A stretch of 64,000 nt of DNA. It comes from an uncultured delta proteobacterium (GTDB lineage: Bacteria > Myxococcota_A > Polyangia > Polyangiales > Polyangiaceae). The notes under the pieces are model-generated. The model worked only from the letters and a program-made list of their open reading frames with translations. It was not told the DNA's origin and ran no database searches. Position 1 is the first letter of the stretch. Each line of letters opens with the position of its first letter. The stretch spans positions 512,001 to 576,000 of the forward strand of contig CAWDXG010000001.1 in NCBI GenBank assembly GCA_963806225.1. The letters run 5' to 3'. Shown here one piece after another: positions 46,096 to 58,504 of this stretch. A program made the position numbers and the translations under genes.

Positions 46096-47910
46096 ATGGC
46101 TTGTCGAACGCGGCGCGTTGTTTCTGTGGGATTGACATCGGTTGCCCTGGCTCTGGCCTTCGCGGCATGTGGGAACGGCGGCAGCGGCTCGGGGGCCGCC
46201 GCGACCGGGGGTAGCGGCGGCGGCGGCGGACACGGTGGCAAAGGCGGAAACGGCGGAGGCGTGAGCGGCGGCAGCTCCACCGGCGGCAAGCGCAACCCGA
46301 CCTGCAAGCCGGGCACAAGCCAGGGCGCCGTGCAGAAGCCGGTGTTCTGGAAGCACCTCGAAGGCCAGACCAGCTGGTACGCGTCGCCGGTCGTCGCGGA
46401 TCTCGACGGTGACGGCAAGAACGAGCTCATCGCCGCCTACTACAAGCTGTATGTCTTCGACAGCCAGGGCAAGTTGCTCGACAGCGTCGACCCGGGTTCG
46501 GGGCGTGTCTACGCGCCGCACGTCGTGACCGACCTGGAAGGCGACGGCGTCATGGACATCGTTGCGGGCGAGGGCGGCAAGGTCTACGCCTACGAGTGGC
46601 GGAACAAGAAGCTGGTGCCGAAGCCAGGCTGGCCGGTCGACACGACGACCGCGGGCCAGACGCCCGAGGTGAGGGGACTGGCGGCGGCCGACCTGGATGG
46701 CAACGGCTCGATCGAGATCGTCGCGACGACGACCCAGACCGCCAAGACCTCCGACGGCGGCGCGCAGGTGTTTGTCTATGAGCCGGACGGCAAGATGTAC
46801 CAGCCGGCGGGCATCAGCTGGCAGGCGTGGCCGCGCTACAACAACAAGACAGGGACGGGAAACGACGCGGACCGCAACGGCATGGGGCACAGCGGCTTCG
46901 GCTGCTACGGGCTGAACGTCGGGATCGGCAACATCGACGACGATCCTGACCTGGAGATCCTCGTCACGTACGACAACCACCACATCCAGGCGTTCAAGAA
47001 AGACGGCGTTGCCATCGACTCGTCGTCCTGGTTCACCAACCGCGACAGCAAGTACGCGGGGAAGCGGTTGACCTGGGGCCAGTTCATCCGCTGGGCGGAT
47101 CCGGCGGTGGAGAAGGCGCAATACCACGACCACACCGGTGCCTGGCCGGACATCAAACAGACGCCCTGGTTGCAGTGGACCGCTTCGCCACCGAACGTCG
47201 TTGATCTGGATGGCGACGGAAAGAACGAAGTCGTCGGCGTGCCCAACGTCGAGGAGCACGAGCCGTACGTGACGCAGTACTACGCCATCATGGCGCTGGA
47301 CGGCGCGTACGGCGACGGCAGCCGTTCGGCGATGCGCCACACGGGATGGGAGACGCTGCCGCACGGCGACAAGCCGATGCAGGTGAGCGGATACTACCCG
47401 CCCAGCGGCGTGCCGGCGCCGACCACCGTGAACATCCAGGGCGACTCGCACCCTGAAATCGTCGTCTCGCTGAACGACGGCTTCGTCTACTGCTTCGACT
47501 ACACCGGCAAGCGCATCTGGCGCTTCAACTACACCTTCGGCAAGAAGATCATGTACGCCTCCGAGGTCACGGTCGCGGACCTGAACCAGGATGGCTCGCC
47601 GGAGCTCCTGTTCACCACGTATGGCGACCCCAACGTGCAGGACTCGGGGCACCTGGTGATCCTGGGCGCCGACGGTTCGTTGCTCTGGGATACTCCGCTG
47701 CCGAACCCCGGCCACAACGGCAACGGCAACGGCGCGCCCGCCGCGCCGGCCGTCGGCGACCTGGACGGCGACGGCGTGCTCGAGGTGTTCGTGCAGACCT
47801 TCGACCACGCCATGGACGTGTTCAAGATCCCGGGCTCGGCCGACAACTGCATGCTGTGGCCCACGGCGCGCGGGGGACCCTTGCGCATGGGGCAGCCCAA
47901 CGGCGGCTGA
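46096..47910 (+). CDS. FG-GAP/VCBS repeat lipoprotein
   Basis: Lipobox FAAC, Gly-rich linker, repeated DLDGDGxxE Ca-binding motifs. Confidence 0.88.
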   Translation: MACRTRRVVSVGLTSVALALAFAACGNGGSGSGAAATGGSGGGGGHGGKGGNGGGVSGGSSTGGKRNPTCKPGTSQGAVQKPVFWKHLEGQTSWYASPVVADLDGDGKNELIAAYYKLYVFDSQGKLLDSVDPGSGRVYAPHVVTDLEGDGVMDIVAGEGGKVYAYEWRNKKLVPKPGWPVDTTTAGQTPEVRGLAAADLDGNGSIEIVATTTQTAKTSDGGAQVFVYEPDGKMYQPAGISWQAWPRYNNKTGTGNDADRNGMGHSGFGCYGLNVGIGNIDDDPDLEILVTYDNHHIQAFKKDGVAIDSSSWFTNRDSKYAGKRLTWGQFIRWADPAVEKAQYHDHTGAWPDIKQTPWLQWTASPPNVVDLDGDGKNEVVGVPNVEEHEPYVTQYYAIMALDGAYGDGSRSAMRHTGWETLPHGDKPMQVSGYYPPSGVPAPTTVNIQGDSHPEIVVSLNDGFVYCFDYTGKRIWRFNYTFGKKIMYASEVTVADLNQDGSPELLFTTYGDPNVQDSGHLVILGADGSLLWDTPLPNPGHNGNGNGAPAAPAVGDLDGDGVLEVFVQTFDHAMDVFKIPGSADNCMLWPTARGGPLRMGQPNGG

Positions 47911-47914
47911 GCGT

Positions 47915-48991
47915 TTGAAGCGCTGCGCTCTCCACCCGGACGCGGGGAGCGCAGCCGTGTGCTGCCACTGCGGGCGGGCGCTCTGCGACGAGTGTTTCCG
48001 CCACGTGGTGGACGACGTGCCCTGGTGCGACGCCTGCGTCGACGCGCTGTCGCGCGATCGGCAGGCGCGCGCGGCAATGGGCGGCAGCTTCGTGCTGATC
48101 GCCTGGGGCCTGCTCTTCTATGCCTCGCGCTTCCGGCCGATCGCCTCGGACTCGGGGGCCGTGGTCCTCTTCGGTGGTATCACCGCGATGGGTCTCGGGC
48201 TGTGCATCGGCTGGCCACGACGGCGCGAGCGCACCGTGCGCGAGCGCGAGCCGGCGGAAAGGTTCGAGGGTGTCGGACCAGCGCAGCCGTACCGCGCGCG
48301 TCTGCGCCGCGTCGCGCGTGCGGCCGTGGCGCCGCTTTCGGCGAAAAATACCGTGCTGGCGGTGGCGATCAGCATGCTCGTGGCGGCGGTGCTGGTGCCA
48401 GTGAGACTGAAGCTGCCGCATTGGCTGGAGAGTGAGCTGGTGCTTGCCGCGTGGTGGGCGGTGCTGGCGGCCACGCTCGCGCTGTTGCTCTATCGCGGTA
48501 GCGGGCTGGTGGACGACTACCACTACCGGCCACCGCGAATATTGCACTCGCAATCCCTCGCTGGAAGCGGAGCCGGCGAAGGGAGCACGCCGGCGCGCGG
48601 CGCAGCGCGCAAGAGCAGGCGTGGGAAGCGCATTCGCGGAAAGGCCAAGCGCGACAAGAGCGGGCTCAGCTTGCTCGAGATGCTCAACCCGCTCAACTGG
48701 CTGGAAGCGGGGGAGGCTTTTGTCGTTGTCGCGGTCGTCGCTGTCGCTCTGCTTGCCGCGTTCGCGGTCGCGTGGCTGCTGGTCGAGGCGCTCCTGCCAC
48801 TTGTGTTCGTCGCTGTCTACTACCTGCTCCGCCGCGCACTGGCTCGCGCCGCCGCCGACCCGCGCGATTGTCGTCGCCGCCCGGCGCGATCGCTCTTCTG
48901 GGGAGCCGTCTGGTCGGCGATCTACGTCGTGCCGCTCGGTCTCTTGGTGTGGGGAGTGCACGCCGTGTTGCGCTGGAAGCACGGCGGCTGA
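47915..48991 (+). CDS. Membrane protein with an N-terminal B-box-like zinc finger
   Basis: CALHP...CCHCGRALCDEC...WCDAC, followed by several TM helices. Confidence 0.7.
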   Translation: MKRCALHPDAGSAAVCCHCGRALCDECFRHVVDDVPWCDACVDALSRDRQARAAMGGSFVLIAWGLLFYASRFRPIASDSGAVVLFGGITAMGLGLCIGWPRRRERTVREREPAERFEGVGPAQPYRARLRRVARAAVAPLSAKNTVLAVAISMLVAAVLVPVRLKLPHWLESELVLAAWWAVLAATLALLLYRGSGLVDDYHYRPPRILHSQSLAGSGAGEGSTPARGAARKSRRGKRIRGKAKRDKSGLSLLEMLNPLNWLEAGEAFVVVAVVAVALLAAFAVAWLLVEALLPLVFVAVYYLLRRALARAAADPRDCRRRPARSLFWGAVWSAIYVVPLGLLVWGVHAVLRWKHGG

Positions 48992-49001
48992 CGCCGTCTC
49001 G

Positions 49002-50174
49002 TCAGCCGTGCGCGGCCAGGAAATAGATCGTCAGTCCGAAGATTGCGATCATCGTTGCGGTCTCGAGCCAATTGACCTTGCCGTCGTCCTGAATCGCCTT
49101 CCACAGAATGAGCATGGTCGGGAAGCCGAGCAGGAGCACGCTGGTGGTGTCCAGATCGATGGGCAGCACGCCGCCGCTCGGAGTGAGCGGGATGACACCG
49201 GTCTGGCCGAAGGCCGCGAGCAGGATCAACGCGATCGGCATCACGACGAAGGGCACCTGGTTCACCTGGCCCGAGGCGTTGGCGAGCGCCACGTCGTACA
49301 TGCCCTTTGCGTGGGCCGAAGCGACCATCACGAACGCGCCGGCGGAGGCGAACAGGCTCAAGACGAGCGCGCCGACCATGCGCGGATAGCCCGCGCGCGC
49401 CAGCGTTCCCACGAGGATGTCCGCGAAGTCGCCGACGGCGTGTCCGCCGAGCACACTCGCGCCGACGCCGAGCAGGCCGTAGAGCACGATGGCTGTGAGC
49501 GACGGTAGCGACGTGGCCGCGTCGCCCTTGCCCTTGGCCGCGGAGACGCTCTGCTCGTCGGAGCCGCCGAAGCGCTTGACCAGACGCGCGACGGCGACCA
49601 CCTCCACGAAGAGCAGCGCGCCTCCGAGCACGTAGAGGTCGCCTGCGCCCAGCGCATCACCTTTGTGCTTGCCGGCGTCGAACGCGTACATGAGCAACAT
49701 GATGGCGCCGGTGGCGAAGAACGCGCCGCCCGCGCAGGCGTAGAGGTCCGTGCTCAGCTCGACCAGCGGCGCGGGCATCGCCGCCGCTCCGCGTTCGTCG
49801 CGGGGCAGAAGCGCACTGTAGATGCCGAAGGCGGCTGCGCCGACGTGCAGCGTGACGGCCGTGACGATGAACCCGACCCGCGGCGTGGCGGCCAGAACGA
49901 AGGCGAGCATCACGAGCTCCGGGATGTTGCTCGCGAGACCGGCCATGGTGCCGGCGACGAACTCGTTCATGCGGCGGCGGCGCGCCAGGCCGTCGACCGA
50001 CTTGATCATCGACTCGCAGGCGCCGAACACGACCAGGAGCCCGCCGACGCCGAGCAGCCCCGCGTGCAACCACCCGGGCATGCTCGCGCCGAGGGCCATC
50101 GCGGCGCCGATCATCACGCCGCCGCCGATCAGCGCCCCTATCCACGCCTTGCCTTCTCCGCCGCTACCGGACAT
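49002..50174 (-). CDS. Ca2+:cation antiporter (CaCA/ChaA-like) membrane protein
   Basis: About 10 TM helices; alpha-repeat-like GLASNIPE; ANASGQVNQV; DDGKVNWLE. Confidence 0.75.
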   Translation of the reverse strand: MSGSGGEGKAWIGALIGGGVMIGAAMALGASMPGWLHAGLLGVGGLLVVFGACESMIKSVDGLARRRRMNEFVAGTMAGLASNIPELVMLAFVLAATPRVGFIVTAVTLHVGAAAFGIYSALLPRDERGAAAMPAPLVELSTDLYACAGGAFFATGAIMLLMYAFDAGKHKGDALGAGDLYVLGGALLFVEVVAVARLVKRFGGSDEQSVSAAKGKGDAATSLPSLTAIVLYGLLGVGASVLGGHAVGDFADILVGTLARAGYPRMVGALVLSLFASAGAFVMVASAHAKGMYDVALANASGQVNQVPFVVMPIALILLAAFGQTGVIPLTPSGGVLPIDLDTTSVLLLGFPTMLILWKAIQDDGKVNWLETATMIAIFGLTIYFLAAHG

Positions 50175-50258
50175 CCCGCGCCGCACCTCCTCCTACCGTG
50201 CCGCGGGGACTCTACAGCACGAGGTGCGCGGGGGAACCCCCGACGAGGGATCGCGCGT

Positions 50259-51777
<1,519 letters not shown>

Positions 51778-51905
51778 GGCGAAAGGAGGGTACCACAGCG
51801 CCCCCGCGTCGTCCGGCGCGGGCAGACCAGCAGGATGGGGCGGAATTCCCCAGCCAGGGCGCCGATACTTGACGCATCGGGCACGCGGTTGCACCGCTGG
51901 TCGGC

Positions 51906-52850
51906 GTGAAGCTCGTGACCGCGTGCGCCGTTGCCCTCGCCCTGATCCCGGCTTGCGACCCGAGCGAGAAGCCGCCGCCCGCGCCCGCGGGCGGGACGAA
52001 ATCCGCCGCGCTGCCGCGCGAGTCGGCCGAGCCGGCCGAGCCGTCGCGCGGGGAGAAGGCGGAAGCGCCGGAGCCTGATCACCCGCCGGGCGCGGTGCCC
52101 TTCGACTATCCCGCTGTCACTGCCACCGCGAAGAAGGGGGACTACCTGCTGGCCCCCTCGAAGAACTGGATCGCCGAAGCCTTCGAGAAGGGCGGGAGCA
52201 AGCAGACGTTCATCTACTACGGCGGCTGGATGCTCGAGCCCGGCGACAGGGCTTCGACCATCAAGACGCTCACCGGTGTCGAGTCGATCATCCCGAACGC
52301 GATGATCATCCCGGTCCCGGCGGGCGGCACGGCGAAGCCGGGCGACATTCTGCTCACCACGTGGCAGTCCGGCTCGGGTATGCAGCGCGCGATCGTGGTC
52401 GAGGGGGGCAAACCGGACCGACCGGAGGTCCGCTACCTCGATCTGGCTCTCGACAACCCCTCGGGCTGGGGCAAGCAGGTCGACACGCTCGAGGCGAACA
52501 CCTTCATGAAGCTCGAGCACCCGGGGCAGGTGGGCACTACCGCGGCGTGCACCACCGGTGCGCGCCGCACACGCTGGATCATCACGAACATCGCTGGCGA
52601 CAAGCTGCTGGCCATCGGCTTCGCGGGCAGGATGCGCGTGTTCCAGCGGAAGGACTGCAAGACCCTGCCGATCAAGCCAAGGCTCCGCGCGGGGGACAAG
52701 GTGATGGTGCCGCTGGTCGACGGCTACGCCGAAGCGCAGGTCGAAAAGGTCGACCCTGCCATCGGCCGCGTGTGGGCGCGCTACAGCTTCGGCGGCAAGG
52801 ACAAGGAGCGCGCCTTCGCCTTCACGAACGTCGCCCGGAAGCTGCAGTGA
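51906..52850 (+). CDS. Hypothetical lipoprotein
   Basis: Lipobox LIPAC, Pro-rich linker, beta-rich domains; high-GC3 codon pattern. Confidence 0.75.
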   Translation: MKLVTACAVALALIPACDPSEKPPPAPAGGTKSAALPRESAEPAEPSRGEKAEAPEPDHPPGAVPFDYPAVTATAKKGDYLLAPSKNWIAEAFEKGGSKQTFIYYGGWMLEPGDRASTIKTLTGVESIIPNAMIIPVPAGGTAKPGDILLTTWQSGSGMQRAIVVEGGKPDRPEVRYLDLALDNPSGWGKQVDTLEANTFMKLEHPGQVGTTAACTTGARRTRWIITNIAGDKLLAIGFAGRMRVFQRKDCKTLPIKPRLRAGDKVMVPLVDGYAEAQVEKVDPAIGRVWARYSFGGKDKERAFAFTNVARKLQ

Positions 52851-52857
52851 GGCGCTG

Positions 52858-53935
52858 CTACGGGCACAACGTTCCGGCCTTGATCGGTTCGCAGCTCTGC
52901 GTCTGGAAGTTGCAGAAACAACCCTTCGTGCAGGTGACGCCGCACGCGCTCTCGCACTTCCCGTTGACGCAGGCGTAGCCGTAGCCGCACGTCGAGTTCA
53001 CGGTGCAGACGCACACGCCCTGGCCGGTGCAGGACGGCGTGTTCGCGGGGCAAAGCGTGTTTTTGTAGCCCTGGCCATCCGGGTTGCAGACCCGGCTTGT
53101 GCTACCGGTCTTGCAGCTCATGGCGCCGGGGACGCACACATCGCACTGGCCGTTGGTGGCATCGCACAGAGAGGCGGACAAGCACGTCTGCACGCTGGAG
53201 AAGCCCGACTGCGAGGCGTTGCACTTCTCGAGCATCGCGCCGCTGCATTGGTACTGACCGGAGATGCACGCAGCGGTCGTGCAGGTCCTGGCGCCTGCGT
53301 TGCAGAGCGCGTCGCTCTGGCAGGTCTGGACGGTCACGAACGAAGTATGGCCCGCCGAGCATTTTTCGAGTGTTGGACCGGTGCAGCGATACTCGCCGTC
53401 CTTGCAGGCGGCACATTGGTCGCCGCTTCCGAGCAGACACAGCTCGGCGCTGTCGCAGGACGCCAGCGTGGTCGTGCTGACCAGAATCCGGGCCGCACTT
53501 CACACGCTCCGCGCCCGCGCAGACGATGCTGCCCGGAGCCTGGCCAAGGCAATCCGCGACCGGGGTTGCACAACGTTTGGCGTCCGTCGCGGGCAGCGAC
53601 GAGTCGCACAGCTGCCCGTTGGTGCACTCCGCGGCCTTGTGCCAGGTGCCGCTTGCGCACTGGACGACGCGCGCCTGTGCCGGGCCCGCGCATGCAAAGC
53701 TGCCGTCCGGGGTGCAGGGCGCGCCGACCGTGGAGCCGCCCGCGCCACCGGTGGTGTTGCCTCCCGCGCCGACGCCCCCAGTGCCGCCGGTGCCCGCGGT
53801 CCCGTCCAATCCGGCGCCCGCATCGCCTGCCGCTCCGCCCGCGCCGGCGGAGCCCTTCGCTTTCAGCGAGCCCATCGACCCGGTGCTGCAGCCCGCCAGA
53901 AGCAGACCAAACAGGATGGCGCCAGGAGCCCTCAT
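52858..53935 (-). CDS. Cysteine-rich repeat lipoprotein, +1 frameshift near 53485
   Basis: Lipobox LLAGC and Gly linker. Removing one base gives ...KCGPDLVSTTTLASCDSAELC... and joins ORF 52858-53337, which has C..GxYxC.G..LEKC repeats. Confidence 0.75.
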
Positions 53936-54015
53936 GAGTAGCATAGGCTACCACTTCTGCCGCTCCGCTACAGCACAGCGCCTGGCGCCCGGATGCCCGC
54001 GGGGTAGAGTGCGGC

Positions 54016-54450
54016 ATGCGTGCTTTGGTCCGGCTGGTGCCGGCTCTGATGGTGGCGGCGACGCTGGCGGTCGCCGGCTGCGGCACGGTGACGTACGTGC
54101 TTCAGGAATACGGCGGGGAGCCTCGTTCAGCGGACTCGGTCGCGATTGTACGCATCACCAGCCGCGATCCGCTGCACGTCAGCTCTGTCGACGGCGATCC
54201 GCTCGACGTGCGCCTGGACCCGGACACGCGCGTCCACGTAGAGATGCTGCCCGGCGAGCACGTGCTCGGCGTGTACCGGCCCGACGCGGAGATCCCCATC
54301 GAGCAGAAGGTACGCTTCCTGGCTTCGCCGGGCAGGACGTACGCGGTCGTGATGGCGGAGGCACCGCCCGGAAGCGCAACGCCCTGGACGGGCCGCGTCT
54401 ACGAGATCGACCGGAGCTCGGGCACGCGCATTCACGACGCGACGCGCTAG
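54016..54450 (+). CDS. Hypothetical lipoprotein
   Basis: Lipobox VAGC; YGGEPRSADSVAIV; VSSVDG; LPGEHVL. Confidence 0.7.
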   Translation: MRALVRLVPALMVAATLAVAGCGTVTYVLQEYGGEPRSADSVAIVRITSRDPLHVSSVDGDPLDVRLDPDTRVHVEMLPGEHVLGVYRPDAEIPIEQKVRFLASPGRTYAVVMAEAPPGSATPWTGRVYEIDRSSGTRIHDATR

Positions 54451-54573
54451 GGAGCTGCACCCGCGAAAGCGTTGCGCGCCGGAGCTGTCGTGCGCGTGGA
54501 ATGTTCGCTGGGCTCGCTCGAACCGTTCGGCCGCCCGTGTGTCGCGTCGCCTGTTGTCGCGGGGTTTGCCGGT

Positions 54574-54589
54574 TGGCCTGCTCGTTGCT
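54574..54589 (+). promoter_or_regulatory. Candidate sigma-54 promoter
   Basis: TGGCCTG-CTCG-TTGCT with GG-N10-GC spacing, upstream of ATG 54660. Confidence 0.5.
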
Positions 54590-54659
54590 TGCCCTCGCAG
54601 TCCCGGATCAGGGCCGAGTGTCGGCGCCGTGCGATGTCCGGAGGAGGGGGAATGGAAAA

Positions 54660-55022
54660 ATGGTGACGCATGCAATTCTCATCCAATGGGGGACGCCCAT
54701 CCCCGGCCGCGAGCGCATGGCGCTCGAGGAGTTCAACTCGTACACGCAATGGGCGAACAAGCTGAAGAAGGACGGCAAGATCGAACGGGTAGAGGTGTAC
54801 CAGCTGGAAAGCGCGAACTTCCAGCAGATGTCCGGATTCACGGTCATGGAGGGGACCGAGCAGCAGATCAGGACAGTGGTGGAGGGCGACGATCTCAGAT
54901 CGCGCATCCAGCGGGTCATGAACATGACGCAGAACGTCCGCCTGGAACGCTGCGTGGTCGGGACGGAAGTCGGCACGCGCATGCAGGGCTACGCGGCCGT
55001 GCTGCAGCAGCTGCGGCTCTAA
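54660..55022 (+). CDS. Hypothetical protein (120 aa, possible ferredoxin-like fold)
   Basis: MVTHAILIQWGTPIPGRERMALEEF...; purine-rich SD-like region upstream. Confidence 0.75.
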   Translation: MVTHAILIQWGTPIPGRERMALEEFNSYTQWANKLKKDGKIERVEVYQLESANFQQMSGFTVMEGTEQQIRTVVEGDDLRSRIQRVMNMTQNVRLERCVVGTEVGTRMQGYAAVLQQLRL

Positions 55023-55112
55023 ACGTCCCCGGGTCCGGCGCGGACGCGAGGAACGCTGTTCCGCGCCGGACCGCCCACTAGCCCGGTTTTCGTGTGCTAG
55101 GACGTGGTTGTC

Positions 55113-55751
55113 ATGCCTAACACCTGGGATCCGGATTCACCGACGCCACGACAGGCGCTGGAGCGACTAGTAGTAGGCAACCGGCGTTTCCGCGCCGGGA
55201 CCAAGCCAACCCGGGCGCGGCCGTGGAGCCCGGATCAGGCGGTGCAGAAGCAACGCCCGTTCGCGATCGTGCTCGGGTGCTCGGACTCGCGCACACCCGT
55301 CGAGATCCTGTTCGACCAGGGCTTCGGGGAGTTGTTCGTGGTGCGGGTCGCGGGCAACATCGTCGCGCCTTCCCTCGTCGGCTCCATCGAGTTCGCTGCC
55401 GCCGAGTTCGGATCGCGGTTGGTCGTTGTGATGGGGCACACCCGGTGTGGTGCCGTCACCGCCACGGTCAAGGCGATCGAGACGGGGCTCGGCCCGGAGT
55501 CGAAGAACATCCGCGCGATCACGGACCGCATAGCGCCGCACATCGAGGGACTGGTTCGCGTGGGCGATACCGGCAACGTCGTGCGCGAAGCGGTGCGCGC
55601 GAATGTACGGGCTTCGGTCGATCACCTGCGTCACGGAAGCCGCATCCTCGAGGATCTGGTGCTGGCCGGGCGCGTCGTTGTGGTCGGCGCCGAATACGAG
55701 CTCGAGACCGGCGCGGTCCACTTCCTGGACGATGTGCCGCCGGAGGCGTAG
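55113..55751 (+). CDS. Beta-class carbonic anhydrase
   Basis: GCSDSR, RVAGN, GHTRCGAV. Confidence 0.95.
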   Translation: MPNTWDPDSPTPRQALERLVVGNRRFRAGTKPTRARPWSPDQAVQKQRPFAIVLGCSDSRTPVEILFDQGFGELFVVRVAGNIVAPSLVGSIEFAAAEFGSRLVVVMGHTRCGAVTATVKAIETGLGPESKNIRAITDRIAPHIEGLVRVGDTGNVVREAVRANVRASVDHLRHGSRILEDLVLAGRVVVVGAEYELETGAVHFLDDVPPEA

Positions 55752-55757
55752 CAGAGC

Positions 55758-56879
55758 TCAGGCGCTGCAGCCGACCCTCATCCACGAAAGCGCCGACGTG
55801 CTCGCCTGGATGAAGTAGACGTAGCGATTCGAGACGACGACGGCCCCGGGATGGATGGCGCCCGAGCCGGCGCTGTACGATTTCACGATCCCGCCGGTCT
55901 TGCGGTCGCGGACAACCGCCTGGCTGCCCTCAATCGTCAGAAGCCCGTCGTCGGTGCCCACGGCAACACCCATCGATGTGCTGGTGCGGGACAGGACCTT
56001 TCCCTTGCTGTCGAGCTCGACGACGCCCCCGCCACCGCTGATCACCAGCTCGCCGCCATCCCAGACGACGGATTGCAGTTGCCCGGCGTTGACGGTCAGC
56101 CCGGTGTCGACGGTCGGCGCGGAGCGGTCGCCGAGCGGAGTGAACGCGGCGGCCTTCGAGCCCCACGATGCGACAACCCCGTTGCAGGTCGGCGTGAGCG
56201 CGAGCGCGTGCGTGGTGTTGTCGTTCCCGAGCCCGGTGTTCAGCAGAGGGTCGCCCAGCGCGGCGCCGAAGAACCTGAGCTCCGGTCCCGGATCCACGAT
56301 GGCAGCCAGCGCCTGTCCGACGCCGGCCAGCGCCGGCACCGAAAGGGAGGGGGAGCCGAGCGTGATGGGGATCGACGTACCCGCCTGCATCGTGTCGAGC
56401 GAGATTGGAATCACGTGATCGAAGGCCGGAGGCGGTAGCAGGTCGACCTCGTTGTCGCGCTGGAATACCACCGGCGCGAGCAGCGGATCGGTTGCCGAGC
56501 CTTCCGCGTCGAACGCCACCACCTGCGTCTGCTCCGGGAAGGCCACACCGATCCGGCGGTTCCCACCCGTCGAGTCCGGGCTCACGACCCAGGATACGGC
56601 CGGGCCGATCGGCGTCTCGATCGCGTTGCCCATATGCACGGTTCCCGTGTTGGCGCTGCCGAGGCTCTGGGTCGATACGCTCGACACCGCCTGCACGTGA
56701 GGGCAAGCGCGCATCATCGGGCAGGTGTCCAGCGTCCCCGGCCCATGCGGTTGCCCGCTCTGCCCCGCGTCGCCGCCGGAACCGCATCCTTCCAGGCAGC
56801 CGCGAGCCGGGCCGCAACCGGCGAGCGCGGGGCTCGCGCCGAGCAGCACGGCCAGCGCCCACAGCCTAGGGCGAAGCAC
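55758..56879 (-). CDS. Hypothetical lipoprotein (beta-rich)
   Basis: Lipobox LAGC; overlaps the end of the upstream vWA gene, so probably co-transcribed. Confidence 0.7.
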   Translation of the reverse strand: MLRPRLWALAVLLGASPALAGCGPARGCLEGCGSGGDAGQSGQPHGPGTLDTCPMMRACPHVQAVSSVSTQSLGSANTGTVHMGNAIETPIGPAVSWVVSPDSTGGNRRIGVAFPEQTQVVAFDAEGSATDPLLAPVVFQRDNEVDLLPPPAFDHVIPISLDTMQAGTSIPITLGSPSLSVPALAGVGQALAAIVDPGPELRFFGAALGDPLLNTGLGNDNTTHALALTPTCNGVVASWGSKAAAFTPLGDRSAPTVDTGLTVNAGQLQSVVWDGGELVISGGGGVVELDSKGKVLSRTSTSMGVAVGTDDGLLTIEGSQAVVRDRKTGGIVKSYSAGSGAIHPGAVVVSNRYVYFIQASTSALSWMRVGCSA

Positions 56880-58191
56880 TGCACTGCCCCTGCATGTGCA
56901 CCGAGTCCGGCGGGTTCGAGCCGCAGGTCGCGGGGCACAGGATCACCCTGTGCGGCAGGACGCCCGGCGCCGGATCGCGATCGAAGTAGAAGCCGCCCTG
57001 GACCGGGTCGCACGCGGCGGCGGCCCCGACGCGCGCTACCAGTGCCCCGCGAGCCGTCACCGACAGGCTCAGCGGATCGATGCCGCCGGACTTGGGCCAG
57101 GGTATCGAGTACTCGCACTCGTCGGCGTGGTTGCGGATCTTGTTGAAGGTCGCGACCAGCTGGCTCGACACGTCGCTGCCGGTGGACACGACGAAGGCCT
57201 GCTCCGTCCCGCCGCCCTGGGCGATCTGCCCCAGCGCGCTCTGGGCGCTGGACTTCTCCTGCGCAGAGAACACGCCGACGACGTACGTCTGGACGCCGTC
57301 CGCGACGCCCGCCTTGGCGGCGTCGACGACATGGGGGATGCCCGCGGTCGTCGCGAGCGGCGACGACGAGATCGCGGCATCACACGCCGTGGGTAGGCCG
57401 TCGGTAGCGAGCAGCACGATCGCCTTGTCGCCGGCGTGCGAGTCCTGCCACGCGCCGGCAGCGGAGATCGCGCCCCGGAGCGCCGGGAGCGTCGGCGTCG
57501 ATCCATCCGGCGTGCGCGTGTCGAGTCCGAGCAGGAGCTTGGCGCGGGCACCGGGCAGCGCTCCGACGTTGACGACCAGGCTCGCGTAGTCACCCGCCGT
57601 GCACGACGTGCGGTTCAGGCAGCTGCCCAGGGTCGTGCACTCGACGCCTGGATTGCAGTACTGGGATGCCTGCCCCATGATGCAGAGCTTCTGGGCGTCG
57701 TCGGCGCAGGCGCCCACCGGATAGCACTTGTCCGAGCCCTGGCAGTCCAGATTGCTGATGCAGGCCTGCTGGCCGCCGGGCAGGCAGACGCTGGTCGGCG
57801 CCCGGTAGCAGGCTCCAGGCTCGCCGCAGTCCGTGTCGCTGACGCAGTTCGGCGGGACGTTGACGCGCTGGATCGGGAAGAACGCCTCGCCCACGCCGAG
57901 GCCGGCGGAATCGGGGTCGGCAAAGAACTCTGCGAGCGCGTCGCGCACAGCTTTGGCCTTGGTCTGGCCGTCGGCCGTCGTGAACCCCATGGAACCGGAC
58001 GTGTCGAGCATGATGAACACGTCCAGCATCGAGTGTTGCGCCCTGGCGTCGAGCTCCACGCACTGGACCGGTACGCCCGCGTCGTCGGTGCTGGTGTAGT
58101 CCCACACTGGCAGCCCCGTCCGCGCTCCACAGGCTGCTGCAGTCGTGGCCACGACCAGGCCTAGCGCGGCGATCGTGCGAATTGGCTTCAA
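56866..58191 (-). CDS. vWA-domain Cys-rich lipoprotein
   Basis: Lipobox AAAC; MIDAS DTSGS; TPT; LATDG; TYVVG; Cys-rich insertion. TTG start inferred. Confidence 0.82.
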   Translation of the reverse strand: MKPIRTIAALGLVVATTAAACGARTGLPVWDYTSTDDAGVPVQCVELDARAQHSMLDVFIMLDTSGSMGFTTADGQTKAKAVRDALAEFFADPDSAGLGVGEAFFPIQRVNVPPNCVSDTDCGEPGACYRAPTSVCLPGGQQACISNLDCQGSDKCYPVGACADDAQKLCIMGQASQYCNPGVECTTLGSCLNRTSCTAGDYASLVVNVGALPGARAKLLLGLDTRTPDGSTPTLPALRGAISAAGAWQDSHAGDKAIVLLATDGLPTACDAAISSSPLATTAGIPHVVDAAKAGVADGVQTYVVGVFSAQEKSSAQSALGQIAQGGGTEQAFVVSTGSDVSSQLVATFNKIRNHADECEYSIPWPKSGGIDPLSLSVTARGALVARVGAAAACDPVQGGFYFDRDPAPGVLPHRVILCPATCGSNPPDSVHMQGQCSASP

Positions 58192-58286
58192 GGCATCCCT
58201 CCCGTACCGGGCAAGCAGAGTGACGAGCGTAGCCGTCGAGTCTCCGTGGTGCAATGCGCCGCTAGCTCGGGCATCGCGCCGCAGGA

Positions 58287-58302
58287 TGCATCGTGCATGC
58301 CA
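58287..58302 (-). promoter_or_regulatory. Candidate sigma-54 promoter upstream of the vWA lipoprotein
   Basis: Minus strand TGGCATG-CACG-ATGCA with GG-N10-GC spacing. Confidence 0.5.
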
Positions 58303-58504
58303 CCACCGCGATCCGCGGCTGTCGCTTGGATTCTGCCGCTCGCCGCCGGTTTCCATGCGCCTTCCCTGCGACAGCTGTGTCGCGGCGGCTACACCCCTGT
58401 CCCGCGTGGAGCCGGGCCCCGGACGACTCTGGCCTTGCCGCTCGTCGGGCCATGATCTGGCGCGGCGGCGGCGCTTCGTCTAGCCTCCTGGCGCGGAGGG
58501 CGCG

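Noticed and set aside
51878..51893. Sigma-54-like sequence CGGGCACGCGGTTGCA
   Set aside because: The GGCAC to TTGC spacing is one base short of the strict -24/-12 requirement.
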